Shown: in pieces, positions 17,071 to 30,984 of the stretch | How positions within the stretch are numbered: position 1 is the stretch's first letter | Layout: the number at the start of each line of letters is the position of its first letter | Source: the human T2T-CHM13v2.0 reference genome, Homo sapiens | DNA length: 64,000 nucleotides | Assembly: GCF_009914755.1 (NCBI RefSeq) | Contig: NC_060927.1 | Direction: 5' to 3' (one strand) | Notes under the pieces: model-generated | What the model was told of the DNA's origin: nothing | Database searches by the model: none | The model's input: only the letters and a program-made list of their open reading frames with translations | Program-made: the position numbers and the translations under genes

Positions 17071-18304
17071 TAGAGGAGGCAAGCAAACACAATAGAGTAT
17101 TTTAGTACAGTAACAATGGAATTGTAGAGGTAGAGCCTAATCTTACCAAGACAGTGGTGTTTAAAGATGAAAACTGGGCACAATCTAAATTTCCTCTAGG
17201 TCACCCAGAAAGCACAGTGATAGTCAATGTTTCTCATGGCCCTTAAATGATTCTTCCATTTATTCCTGCAGAAGGTTGAGGAAGTCATAACTGCCTCCTA
17301 AGCAAGGTATCTGATGTTTCTGTGTTGGCAAACCCCCTGGTATTATTCACTCATTCTTCCTCTGTGTTTTACCTTCCCACCTGGCTAAATTTCATTCACT
17401 GCCTGTTTATGGGCAAAGCATTAGGGGTCTCAACTGAGTATGCCTGAAGTCAGTTAAGACAGATGGGCATATAATGGTCCTCCCGCAGAAGTGGCCTAGA
17501 AGACTGAGTGCTTCACTCTGTGTGTGAAGAGTGGGACATGGAAAGCTTCAAAAAAAGGAGCGTTGCAGGATTTCACATGAAAAGGGAAAATGAGTTGTTC
17601 ATATCTATAACACAGCATGAGATTGAAGATTTTTAGCTTGCTGGATTTACTAAGGCTCCTATGTGATCCCATCCTGGATGACCTTGTATATGCCATCACT
17701 CATGGGATCCTTTTCAGAAGTCATGATAAATTTCAGTAAACAAGGTTATGGGAGCACTGGCACTAAAAGGTTCCATGTATTTATGATGTGTAACATGCTG
17801 TGACATGGGTGTTGTCAAAAGCACTGGACAGGAATATTGCATATTGCCTATAATAACCACTTACAAGAAAAACCTTTATAAATTTCTGGATTGTCAAGCA
17901 AGTAGACTTTATTGCAAATAACAAATTCATTTCTGTAATAACAATTTTGTTAAACCCTCATGGAAATTGAATTATAATGTAGGTAATTATGAGAGAATGA
18001 GCTGTTTGGAAAAACTTAGCACATCCCTGTCTTTGAAGGAAACAAAACATCACCTAACTGATCGATGTTTTAACTTCTCACTTTAGCACATCCACTTGCT
18101 TATAATGAGGGTTACTGCCAGTAAATTCACGCCCTGCTTCAAATCTGCTCTGGTGCATGTTTCATCTTAAAATAGAACCCCACAGTCTATAAATCCTTAT
18201 ACTTTTTTCTTGATAACTCTTAAAGTTGTGGTCAGAATTAAGTAAGTCAGTAATGTGAACTACCTGTATCAATAATCCAGTTAGGAAAGATCATTTATCC
18301 TCCC

Positions 18305-19199
<895 letters not shown>

Positions 19200-19200
<1 letters not shown>

Positions 19201-19315
19201 AAAAGATGAAGAAACTGAATCACAAAAGGCCACTGGCTTAGCTAGCCAAGTAGCAAAGTTAGGATTTGAACCCAGGCAACCCAGCAGCAGAAACCACACC
19301 TTTAACCACCATTAT
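19200..19315 (-). mobile_element. MIR fragment
   Basis: agatgaagaaactga...aggatttgaacccaggc...tttaaccac. Confidence 0.75.
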
Positions 19316-19589
19316 ATGTTGACTGCTTAGATATAAACAAAGAACAGCACAGAATGAGAAGGCAGATCAAAACCACAGTCTAAATGGTGGGTACAAATAA
19401 AGCAAGGGAAAAGAACAGTAAACAAAACAAAAAAAGATCAGTACAGAGATCTGAGGTAATGGTGTCAAGAAAAGTGCACAGGAACCATCTTGATTTCCAA
19501 CATGTATTTTTGCCCTTTAACTGCTGCCTAAGTCAGGATACATGCCTACCTTGATCTTCATGAGCATATTCTGTCTTTTATGTGTCTCT

Positions 19590-19850
19590 TAGGAAAGGCA
19601 GCAGTTCAGAGTTTGAACTCTGCATGATGGGGCTTAAGATTTGAGATACCTAGTACCTAGCTGGCATTAGGTATCGCAAATCTTAAGCCACCTTATCTTA
19701 GCTGGGTGCTCTCTTCACATCACTTAACATCTCTGAACCTCAGTCCATCCATCTGTAAAGTGGACACAATACTTTGATCTAACTTCTAAATTGTTGTAAG
19801 GATTAAATCTAATGATATACTCATGGTTTAATCTCAATAAATGGAAACTA
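19590..19850 (+). mobile_element. MIR containing an internal palindrome
   Basis: cacttaacatctctgaacctcagtccatccatctgtaaagtgg...ttgttgtaaggattaaa. Confidence 0.8.
19631..19689. repeat. Inverted repeat, 27-bp arms with 5-nt loop
   Basis: ggcttaagatttgagatacctagtacc-tagct-ggcattaggtatcgcaaatcttaagcc; 24/27 Watson-Crick pairs. Confidence 0.95.
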
Positions 19851-21984
19851 TTACTTTGATGAAAACTGTCTGGCCCAGAGACCTTCCTCCTTACATTTTT
19901 GGCATTATATTTTGACTTGGTTTCACATCTTCTACATTGTATCTCTAAATCCATGTGCCATGACAATCACCAGATATTTGCCATCCTCCAACACTGCTGT
20001 AGGCTAATCCTGAGGCACAGACTGCTAAACTGCCATACCTGTTTGGCCTACAGGTTCAGGAAACTCTATTTTAAGCCCCTGACTGATGGCCAAATATGAA
20101 ACCCCCTTTCCAACCCAGGAATCTCATTTTGCATTTCTTGCCATGTTAAACAGTAAATAAATTACCTCCTGATCAAGCCAAAAGCACTTTCAAAAGGTCC
20201 TTCCCTTTTCTTTCTTCTCTTCACATCAATCTTTGTTGCTAGCCAGGTCATTTTTTTTATGACATCTAAGCTCTCTGCTCCCATGGGCATCTGATAGTCT
20301 GCTTTCTCTTAGCCTGTTATGCCCCAGTCCTCCCTCTCTTTTCCCATTATCTTAAATTCCCAGACTACTAGAGTGATACCAACAAGCTGATAACTCACTT
20401 GCCTGCCAGACCCCTTCCAAGCACTCATTAATTCAGTTGCGTCGAGTGTAACGTGCCTTCCCCCCAATGCAATTCCATTCCCTCAATTTTCATTTTCCAG
20501 GCAAGGTGCCTGCATCGTGGAATGGCCATGATGAATTAGTTTTTACCTTAATTTATTCCAGTATGCATAAAGAAAGCATGAGGATTCCAATTTCCTTGAT
20601 TAATGTACCATTCCACTCCACAAGAGCCTTCATTTTTAGCTCCTAATCACTCTCAGAAACGTCTGATATTGTTAGCTACCACATTCAACCTAGGAATGCT
20701 ATTATTTCCCCAGGTTCCCTCAAAGTCAACTTGGAGCCTCACCTTCTAAGCTGGGATGTCTTGAAAACCATCCTTCACCTTAAGTTCCACGATAAATTTA
20801 GCATCTTTGCCCCCTTCTTGGGATATCATGAAAAACATACATTTAGAAGAAATATAGAACACACTTTAAGAGAATCTGGCCCTATCCAGTGAAAAATACC
20901 TCACTTTTACAGCAGGGAGAAACAATTCCTACAGCATAAAGAATCAGTGGCTTCTACCAAAATAATGGTAGCACTTCCAGAGGGTTTCCATAGAAATAGA
21001 AAGGATATTTTACTCAGAAAAGGGGAATAAAGGCCAATGACATGTTTTCACTCTCTGAAAACGTGAAAAACAGCAGATGAAAAGACAAATCAAAGGTCTC
21101 CTCTCCAACCTCTCTTTCTTAAATAGATGAGAGAGATGGAGGCCCACATTGAGCTAACCCAACCCTGACAGCTACTGGAGAGTAACAGGGAGATTAGATG
21201 AAAGTGTCAGGAAAAAAAATACAAAGGTGATATTTTTGTTTCAAAGCCCATTTTCCATATTTTTATCACAAAGTATATACAAATTATAGGGTAGGTCAGG
21301 AGACTGGGAAAGGCTTTCTTTGTTCACTAAATATCAGAGTCTGTCAAAAATGTGAGCTCCTTCCTTTCTTAGGGATCTGGCACTTTGAAAGTAGAAGGAG
21401 CAAAAAGGGAGAGCCGGATAGGGACAGGAACCTGGTGATAAATGGGCTGCACCATCAGTCTAGTTGAAGTCAACCCTTTTTTTAAAGCAGATTAATACTT
21501 GAGATGCTCCCCTCATGAGAATGCTCATGTCTGCCTCTATCCCTTTCTCCTGGCCTGGCCACATGCAATCACCTCCCTTCACACATGACACTTGATGCTT
21601 TGGGAACATCGTTCATATTCGTCCTCTTTTTTGATTCGCCACATGCCCCTTGAAATCCTATTTGACCTACATAGCCAGCTCAAATACATTCAATATCACC
21701 ACAAAAACTTCCTGGTGTATTTAGCTGCAATTTATTGCTCCTTCATTGGAATGCCATTATCCTCCTCATCATTGAAGCTATCATTTATTGAATGCGGCTG
21801 TTTTTTCCCCCTTGTGTTCTATTATTCAGCAGACATTTAGAGGGTATTAATCATGTGCTGATTACTACCTGTTTGTTTGTGGAGAGGGAGGAAGGGGTGA
21901 GGGATAAGGAGAAATAAAACTTCTGCTCTCAAGGAAACATCTCTCAGAATGTCATCATCATCGTCAAATATTGAATTGTGACAG

Positions 21985-22392
21985 TTACGCCATGGCTGAT
22001 TCATTTCCTACTCGTGTGTGCTCTCGCACATGGTCTTGCCCTCTTGCCATCAGGTAAGGCCATGTGACTAGTTCTGACCAGTGGGCTGTGAGTGGCTGTG
22101 ACATCTGTCCCTTGCTATCTGAAGCACTTAAGAGATGGGGGGCGAATAATGATCCCCCTTCTCCCAAGCTCTCTCTTGCTTACCTTAAAGCACTGCAGTA
22201 AAGTGGCTTTAATGCATGTCACAAGTTTGAGGTGACCTAGATCACTGGTAAGTCAGTGAATGGGTAGTAGTTGCCCTGGGGAGTCACCTGGCTCACAGCA
22301 GATTTTGTGTTGATGAGAAATAAACTTTTGTGGTATTGAGCACCTGTATTTTGGGAAGATTTGTTAGTGCAGCATGGCCTATCCAAACCAAT
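21985..22392 (+). mobile_element. Old MaLR LTR (MLT1J/I-like)
   Basis: aggccatgtgactagttctgaccagtgggctgtgag ... gagaaataaacttttgtgg. Confidence 0.7.
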
Positions 22393-22519
22393 ACGTATCT
22401 CAAAGACAGGTTCCCCTACTATCCACATCTCTAAATGAGAAAACTCACACATGGAGTGTAAAGCCGTTTGTACAGGTAGAAACAGAAGGATTCTCCTGTT
22501 TCCATTATCAACTCTGCCC

Positions 22520-22782
22520 TCCTGAATGGATTGATGTCTTTATCACTCAGGTGGGTTAACTGTCTCAGGATTGGGCTCCTGATAAAAGAATCAACCTGAT
22601 TTTCTTTCTCTGTCTGGTGTGCTGATTTGTCCTTCCATCTTCCACCATGAGATGACCCAGATGCCAGCACTGTGCTCTTGGACTTCCCAGCATCCAGAAC
22701 TGTGAGCCAAATAAAGTTCTATTATTTATAAATTACTCAGTCTGTGGTATTCTGTCATGGCAGCAGAAAATGAACAAAGACA
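22520..22782 (+). mobile_element. MST-type MaLR LTR, 3' part
   Basis: gctcttggacttcccagcatccagaactgtgagccaaataaa...aaatgaacaaagaca. Confidence 0.85.
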
Positions 22783-23010
22783 ACCTGTAAACAAACTAAT
22801 TAGTAAAAGAAAAATTATTGTCATTAATATGGAGACTGAAGTTACTATGGAGCTAATAGCAGCCTACTGATACATTCATTCATTCTTTTTACATTCATTC
22901 ATTCTTTTTACATATATTATTAAGTGTTCATCACATGCTGAGCACTGGTAGCCACAGTAGGTTTGGCAGTGAAAACACAGGCATAATCTCTACATTCAAG
23001 AAACTTATAG

Positions 23011-23347
<337 letters not shown>

Positions 23348-23349
23348 AC

Positions 23350-23670
23350 TTAACTTTTAGGAAGTTCACTTAGAGGACGGGAGAGTACCCTTTGCCACTC
23401 CTTGCTCTTTACTGCTGGTTAGAATGTAGATGTAAAGGCTGGAGGTAAGCCGCCATCCTAGACCATGACATATATGGGAAAGAAAAACACATGTGACAAG
23501 ATAAGTAAGATAGAAGAAATCTTGTTCTCTTATGCCATAGACCATGCCATCCCTGGGTCGACTGCCTCTAGCTTCTTAAATGTATGAAAGAAATTCACTT
23601 CTATCTTCTTTAACCCTCTGCTATTTGGGGATTTTTCTGTTATTCCCATGGAAATGTAATCTAATCCAGT
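23350..23670 (+). mobile_element. Ancient LTR fragment (LTR33-like)
   Basis: ggctggaggtaagccgccatcctagaccatga ... cttctatcttctttaaccctctg. Confidence 0.55.
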
Positions 23671-23807
23671 GCTGAATATTAAACACTCATTAAGCTCCTC
23701 TGTGAAGTTATTGTACATTTTTAGAAAATTGGCATATTCATAATTGGAAGATAAATTTTCCCTTCAGAATTCTAAGAAGGAGCAAAGCTAGTATATACCA
23801 TAAGCAA

Positions 23808-24226
23808 TTTTTTTAATTGTAATTTTGAAGTTCTGGGGTACATGTGCAGGATATGCAGGTTTGTTACACAGGTAAATGGGTGCCATGGTGGTTTGCTGCA
23901 CCTATCAATGCACCACCTAGGTATTGAGCCCAGCATGCATTAGCTGTTTTTCCTAATGCTCTCCCTCCCTCCACCCCAACTGCCAACAGGCCCCAGTGTG
24001 TGTTGTTCCCCTCCCTGTGTCTGTGTGTTCTCACTACTCAGCTCCCATTTATGAGTTCAACCATTGTGGAAGACAGTGTAGCAATTCCTCTGAGATCTAG
24101 AACCAGAAATACCATTTGACCCAGCAATCCCATTACTGGGTGTATATACCCAAAGGAACATAAATCATTCTATTACAGAGATGCATGTACGCATATGTTC
24201 ACTGCAGCACTATTGACAATAGCAAA
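23808..24226 (-). mobile_element. Short L1PA8-like insertion with 5' inversion
   Basis: 23808-24056 is the L1 3'UTR on the minus strand; 24054-24226 is upstream ORF2-end sequence on the plus strand. Confidence 0.9.
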
Positions 24227-25734
24227 CTATTTAGAAGAACAGCTGCATCATGAGTTGAGATGTCCACTTAAAAGAGAATCACTTACAAAACACATTCCTC
24301 AAATCACTGCATACTACTAAACAAAGCAGTTTCTTGAAAAGCCAACTTATAATAATAGAAGCAAGTAATCACCTTCCAACAACCTGAGCAAGTCTGCTCA
24401 CAGCATGATAGCTAGCTATTGTTTACAATGGTGGCATCTTCTTTTGTTTCTGTCTTCCTAATACCAGATAAATTTTATAAAAGTCAGGATTCCATCTCTG
24501 TGTATAATTTGGGACACAGCTAATCTGGAGACAAGAATGGATGCAGTCCTAATTTCATCTTTACTTGCCTGATTACCTCCTGTGTTTTCCTATTTGATAA
24601 ACCTCACACAGGAAAAAGAACAGCACAAGACCTGAGTCAATAAGCCCAGGAGCCCTACTGGAAGACTACGGCACAGAGGACAGAAGGAAGGACACACACT
24701 GCCACTCATTGCAAGACCACGGAGTAAGAGATATTTAGAAGAATTACTGCCAGACTTTCTCGATATCAGTGGTAGGGTGTATTTGAGCTTTCAAGCCTGT
24801 GGACACTGGGAAGGTGAGCAGCTTTGATCCACATCTAACTCCCTAACTTCTGAGGAGGTACCCGTGTTAAGCTGCTCATCTGAGGTTAAACTTTACTTCC
24901 ATGCTTCCAAAGCAAACCTAAGTCTGAGAAAGGTGAAAATGAGTGTGGGCTAAACAAATAAGCAAAACCTTTTAAAGGCCTCACTGGTCTTTGGCTTAAT
25001 TCTGCATCCCTCAAGAGAAAGTTAGGAAGGGCAGAAAAGAGCCAAGGGAACACAGAATCTAATTCTGCTTTGGCAACAGAGGAAACGATTGGGACTCCGA
25101 GAAGAGGTGAGTCCACCTCGTCCACATAGCTGGTGACTGCAGAGCTGGACCCAGAAAGGGGCATTCAGCTGCTCAGCCTCCTCTCCAGCATCATGCTACA
25201 TGGGGGTGCCACCACCCCTGCCACTTCCTTCCTACCGGTAGTACCCATCATAAAATACCAGCATATCCTTGGGAGTCTTAAAAACAATGGGTATACGATG
25301 TCATGCTGAATTCTGCCACCACCTTCCCATCTTCTCCTGAACTTTCAAGAAGGGCTGTGCCCTGAGACCTGCTGTGGGGACAAGAGATATGGGAGAAAGA
25401 GCCATAGGCATTACTGGCAGGCTCAGCATGTGGAGGAAATGGCTTTGTGCTGGCCGCAGGCTCCATTCATCACTCACTTAGCAAGGCCTGCCAGAAAAAG
25501 AGGCAAGACCAGTCTACTGCCGTTGTTATCCCCATTTCACAGATGGGAAAACCAAGGAATGGAGGGACTAAAACACCCTCATGATTCAAATCCAGCCCTC
25601 CTGATTTCCAATGTGGTACTCTTTCCATTATACTACTCTTCTTCCAGAAAATCTCAATGTAAAATTACCCAAGATTTCTGCATTCTCAGAATGCAAGAAA
25701 GTTCCATTCCTAACAGAAAAAAACAGGCTCCTAT

Positions 25735-26027
25735 TGTGGGTTGAATTGCATACCCCACTCCCCCAAAAAGGACATCCTAACCCTCATGTAATGGGATTGG
25801 TGCCCTTATAAAAGAGGCTTGAGGGAGTCTGTTTGTCCCTTCCAACAGGTGAGGACACAACAAGGCGCCATCTTGAAAGGAAAATGCAAACCTTCACCAC
25901 ACACTGAACCTGCTGGCGCCTTGATCTTGGACCTCCCGGGCTCCAGAACTATGAGAATAAATTCCTATTGTTTATAAATGACCTAGCTGGTGGTAATTTG
26001 TGATGCCAGCCCAAACAGACTGAGGCA
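25735..26027 (+). mobile_element. MLT1A-like solo LTR
   Basis: tgtgggttgaattg...gccttgatcttggacctccc...aataaattcc...cagactgaggca. Confidence 0.85.
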
Positions 26028-26029
26028 CT

Positions 26030-26258
26030 GGTAGAGAGATAAAAGCACCCATATGGGGTCTCTTGGCCTCAGGCTGTAACTCCAACTCCCTGTGTAACCT
26101 TGGGCAAGTTACTTCCTTTCTCTTTGTCTCCATTTTAACAACAATGAAGTAGTAGCTCCCTTGTAGTCTGAAATGAAGATTACATGAAATAGTGCATATT
26201 AAAACATGTAGCACAGATAGCACATAATAAGGACTCAAAAATTTTATAACTATTACTA
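26030..26258 (+). mobile_element. MIR
   Basis: ctgtgtaaccttgggcaagttactt. Confidence 0.75.
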
Positions 26259-26354
26259 ATTTTTCAGGGCAAAGTTAAACACAAGAGAGAAAAAGGGAAA
26301 AGTTTACAAACTTAATAGAAGCCTCAATAATCAACTTTTTCCTGTTCCTGATTA

Positions 26355-26530
26355 TACCTAGTCCAATAAGATAGCTATTAGATACATGTGAGTATTTAAA
26401 TTCAAATTAATGAAATAAAATGAAATAAAAACTTTTCAGGCACACTAGCCAAATTTTAATAGCCACATGTGGCTACTAGCTATGAATAGAACATTTCCAG
26501 GATTGCAGAAAGTTCTATTGGATGGCAATG
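26355..26530. mobile_element. MER3-like hAT-Charlie remnant
   Basis: gtccaataa...agccacatgtggcta...aacatttcc...tgcagaaagttctattggatggc. Confidence 0.75.
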
Positions 26531-28854
26531 TTGCCACACTTGCTGCTTGAAGGCCTTAGGTAGAGACTTTCCAGACATGGGAGCCAAGATGCCAAGGGGA
26601 TGTTATTTTCCTTTCAGCTTATAAAGGATTTCCAATGCTGCATCAGTAAGTAGACATCTTAAAAAATCCCTTTATCAGGAGTAAACATAAAAGTCAGTTC
26701 TTATCACAACTTCAAATAGAATGCATAACTACCAAGAATTTTTCATCTACAGTCAGAGATGCAATAAGCCACAAAATGGAGTGTGTATTAATCATGGCAA
26801 TACCAGTGTATGAATAACTTCTTTAGTAATATCCACAAAAATGCAAAGGGCTTTGAGTTTTAGGAACAAGAATTGGTACAAACACATATAAACCAAGCCC
26901 CACATTTACTGTGAATAAAAAGAGACCATTCTGGTGTAACATATTGGCCACACAAACACATTTTTAAGTTTCAGAACCTGGGCTGAATTAAAAACCACAT
27001 GGAAGATTATAGCTAAAATAGGGAAAAATACAATAATAAGTGATAGAACAGAAATCAAAGTGACAATGTAGTTTACAAGTTTCCAGTTAGATGTCATCTA
27101 AAATGTTTTGTTCACTGTAATTGGCCTATCAAGAAGACATTATGCAAGGAACAGCTCAAGAAACAGCCCACGATGTCTCTCATTTTGATACAATTTCTGG
27201 AGGGGGAAAGAATATAATCAAGTCATTTCTGTTCCAATCAAAAGGGGGAAGTCATGGTTCAAGAAAAAGAAAATCAAAATAGAGAAATAAAGTTTATGTT
27301 CTACTAATCAGAGATGAGATTCAGAAGGATGACTTGACTTTTAGAAGAGAGTTCAAAAAACCCATTTAACTCCAGGCATAAGAGGGCAATAAACTCATGA
27401 TGCTAATAAGCAGAATTGTAGATAAATGGAGTTTAGGTCCCCCTAAGCCTTTTATGGCAAGAGAAAGGCCTGACCAAGAAACAAGAGTGATAAGACATAG
27501 ATGACATTGGAAGTAAACCCGAAAGGGTCAGCATGGACAGCCTTATCTTGCACAGCCCACCACTAAATGAGTTTCTAAGAACAGGCAGTGGAGATCAGCT
27601 GTGGGTATCTGTCACAGTCCTCCTATCAAGATTTCCTCTACTCCAGGAAATGATCACATCCCTTCCATCATTTGTACATCAACTAGACTCTCTAGATCAT
27701 CTTCTTTCTGTCTCATAAATGTCTGTCTGGGAGGTGGGCGGGTCTGGAGAACAGGCCCCAGCAAATTTCTGACACCACCCTCTATAGAGTTCTCTCCCTA
27801 AAAAGGAAAAGAAGAACAAGAAAAAAGAATAATGAAAGAGAACCCTTCTTAAAGAGGAGGAGCTCTCTCATTACAAATCCACCATTGCCTCTCCGACAGC
27901 TCAAAGAGAAACTGCAGTGATTTCCACATCACAGAAACTCAACGTTAAGTCTCCACATTCCTTTCCTATTACACCTGCCTGCCACCTGCAGAGATGTACT
28001 CATCTCATTTCCTGAGAGGGTTTCTGCACATGGCAAGGTGGCCTCAAGTTAAAGGAATGATGCAGGTCAGGAGACACACAGTACAACTCTTTGAAATGTT
28101 TATGAAATCAGATCCTGAACTTGTCCTCCCACCATTATGTTGCATGACAGCTATCATACGCCTGCAATTTGCATTGCTGAGAAACAAACAAGAAACTACA
28201 TGATTTGTTGCTGGACACCTCCCTGTCTATATAGAAAGGGTTTGTTTTTCCACCTGCATGAGAGGTTCCAGCCTGTTCCATCAGCTAGAAAACATATGCT
28301 TTAAGATGACATATGTGTATTGCAAGATAATGACCAAGATAATTACTAAATTCAATAATGTAGTTTAAGTTAATAAAAAGCTGAAGTATTAGAAAGTGAC
28401 ACCAAGGATATTAAAACTTGGTAGAAATTCTAAGAACATTGAATAGCCCAATAGCCAATCAGAGCAACAGAGGTTGCTGGTTTTAATGGCATATTAGTGA
28501 TAAGGTCAGAAGTAGTCTAGCTTAAAAGAGATCCCAGTTTAAAACCATCCTGAGCCCTATCTCAGAACTTCAGAAGCCACCTCAGCAGGTTCTCAACCCC
28601 ACCCCAATTCTATTCCTTCTATTTTGCCAAGGTCTCCACAGCCTGATGGCTTCCTGATCCCCAAAAGAGGATATCCAAATGAAAAGACCAGGGGATTATG
28701 TTTAACTATTCTCAGCCCCTATCTGCCTACATGTTGTAAAAAGCAGTACATACATCTGTTCAGCTATTATCCACATGAAGGACACAATCCGTGGATAGAT
28801 TCAAGGAAAAGAACAATTCACTAGCAATACTAACAAACTAATCCAAGTAACAGC

Positions 28855-29075
28855 AAAAATCACTGTGTGCTTCCTAGGTACTACCTGGCACTATTCTAAT
28901 GCAATTTATGTATAGCTTAGCTTCTCCTTGTGACAACACTACAAAGTAGGCACTACTGTTATTAACTTCGTTTCACACATAAAGAAACAAAGGCATGGAG
29001 AGATTGAGTAATTTGCCTAAGTTCACATACCCAGGCAGAAAGTTTCCAGAGATTGTGTTCCTGACCACTAACTCT
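28855..29075 (-). mobile_element. MIR
   Basis: aagaaacaaaggcatggagagattgagtaatttgcctaagttcaca. Confidence 0.75.
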
Positions 29076-29374
29076 GCAGCTTGCTAAGGGACATAAATGT
29101 GACTGCATCTTTTTCTGAGGAATACCCTAAATACCTTAAATTTAAGAGTAGCCTACATACCCTAAATACAACTCAACAAAGTGCAAAGAGACTGACAGTA
29201 GCACAAGAGTGAGAACTTTAAATTCACACAAATATATATGTTTTAAAAGAAGGTTACCTTCAGACATTGGTAAAGAGAGGGTCACTACTATCTGATGGCT
29301 TGACACAGCACTTATACCTGTATATCCTTGCTCTGTGGTCAAGTTCAGTGGAAGGTATAGAACAGAAGTCACCA

Positions 29375-29700
29375 GTGAAAGCCCATTGGCAGGTCTTGAA
29401 TACATGTTCTATTCTGCCCATATGGTATTTTAAAGTTTTTTAAAACTTTGCTGCCAAAATGTAAAAGTTGAAATTTTTCACATAAATATTCAGATTTTAG
29501 ACTTTTCTAAAAGGAACAGGTTTGTCCACACTGCACACGTCCTCCCTTATGCAACACTTAGAGCTGAAATGTAGGTCTGTCCTTTAGATGGGGCATGTGC
29601 TGTAGTTTGTCATACTCACCACTACTCCCTATTGTCATATATATGACAGCTTCTCTTATGCATGTTTCCTACTAGGTTCCCATAAAGCATTGAAACATAT
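29375..29700. mobile_element. MER102-like hAT-Charlie remnant
   Basis: cctttagatggggcatgtgctgtagtttgtcatactcaccactactccctattg. Confidence 0.7.
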
Positions 29701-30324
29701 GAGTCTGATTTAGAGGAAAGGAGAAGTCATAGAGAAAGGATTCTGAAAAGGCAAGATAAAGGGATTTTGGTTCTAGCTAGGAGACTGGTAACATCACCTC
29801 ACTCCCCATATATTCATTCTTTAAATGGGAGGCCAGGCTAGATACTGTCTAAGGTTGCCTAAGTTTAAACTCAAATAGGGGATTGAAGCAGTACATGGAA
29901 TGTCCCAGCAGTGAGAAGTGAGTCTGTCACTCTTGCAGAGGCCACCTAGGACAGGCTCCCCCTGTGCATTGCCTGACCAAGAGAACTGACTTGGCTCAGT
30001 TACACGGAACACCCTCCTTACTGCTAGGGATTGAGAGGCAGTTCACTATGTTGGTTCTCAGTGTTGTATTAATATTTAGGGTACTTCTCAGATAAGAGAT
30101 AATAACCCTTCACGCTACAGTATTCTAAGCTTCTCAGTTTCATCATGGTATCCATAGATGAATAACTTTTTGCTTTTTATGCATGCATACATGCACAAAT
30201 TTATTAATCCATTCAATAAATTAAATGAAGCTCTAGGCACTGTGCCAGTCACTATGATATAAATCTGCAGGTTGAAACAGCAGGTAAGTGGGGAACTAAT
30301 GCGTACAATCCCAGATAGCTTTCA

Positions 30325-30839
30325 GTGTGGGCAGGTGCCATCCAATCTACTGGGTGCCTGGAGAGAACAAAAACAGAGAAAAGGCAAATGTGTCGATCTG
30401 TCTGCTGGCCAGGGATATAGTCCTCCTCTTCCGTCCCTGGATAACAACTTCAGGCTCCCCAGCCTTTGGACTCCAGGACTTACACCAGCAGCCCACTGGG
30501 TTCTCAGGCCTCTGGCCTTGGCTGAGAGTTACACCATCAGCTTCCCTAGTTCTAAGGCCTTTGGACTTAGACTGAGCCAATCTGCTACCATTCCAGGGTC
30601 TCCAGCTTGCAGATGACCTGTCATGGAATATCTCAGCCTCTATAATTGCATGAGCCAATTCACCTAATAAATCCACACTCATCTATGTATATTTCTTTCC
30701 CTACCTATCTCCCTGCCTCTCTACCTACTTATCTCCCTACCTGTCTACCTACTTATCTCCCTACCTCTCTACCTACTTATCTCCCTACCTCTCTACCTAC
30801 TTATCTCCCTACCTCTCTACTTATATCCCCATCTCCCCA

Positions 30840-30873
<34 letters not shown>

Positions 30874-30984
30874 GTTATAGATATAGATATATAGATATCT
30901 ATATCTATATCTATATCTATAACTATCTATCTATCTATATATATCCTATTGGTTCTGTCTTTCTGGGGAACCCTGACTAATACA
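30325..30984 (+). mobile_element. MLT2B-like ERVL LTR
   Basis: gcctttggactccaggacttacaccagc...tcctattggttctgtctttctggggaaccctgactaataca. Confidence 0.9.
30700..30945. repeat. Compound 24-bp minisatellite + (CT)n + (AT)/(ATCTAT)n inside MLT2
   Basis: About 4 copies of ctacctacttatctccctacctct (30721-30816), then CT and AT-rich runs. Confidence 0.92.

Noticed and set aside
24600-25170. Possible exons (donor-like aag/gtgagc ~24814, gag/gtgagt ~25107) and a 92-aa minus ORF
   Set aside because: No convincing paired acceptor or recognisable protein similarity; a lncRNA exon cannot be excluded but is unsupported
30646-30894. PTSLPTYL repeat protein
   Set aside because: Translation of the 24-bp minisatellite inside MLT2
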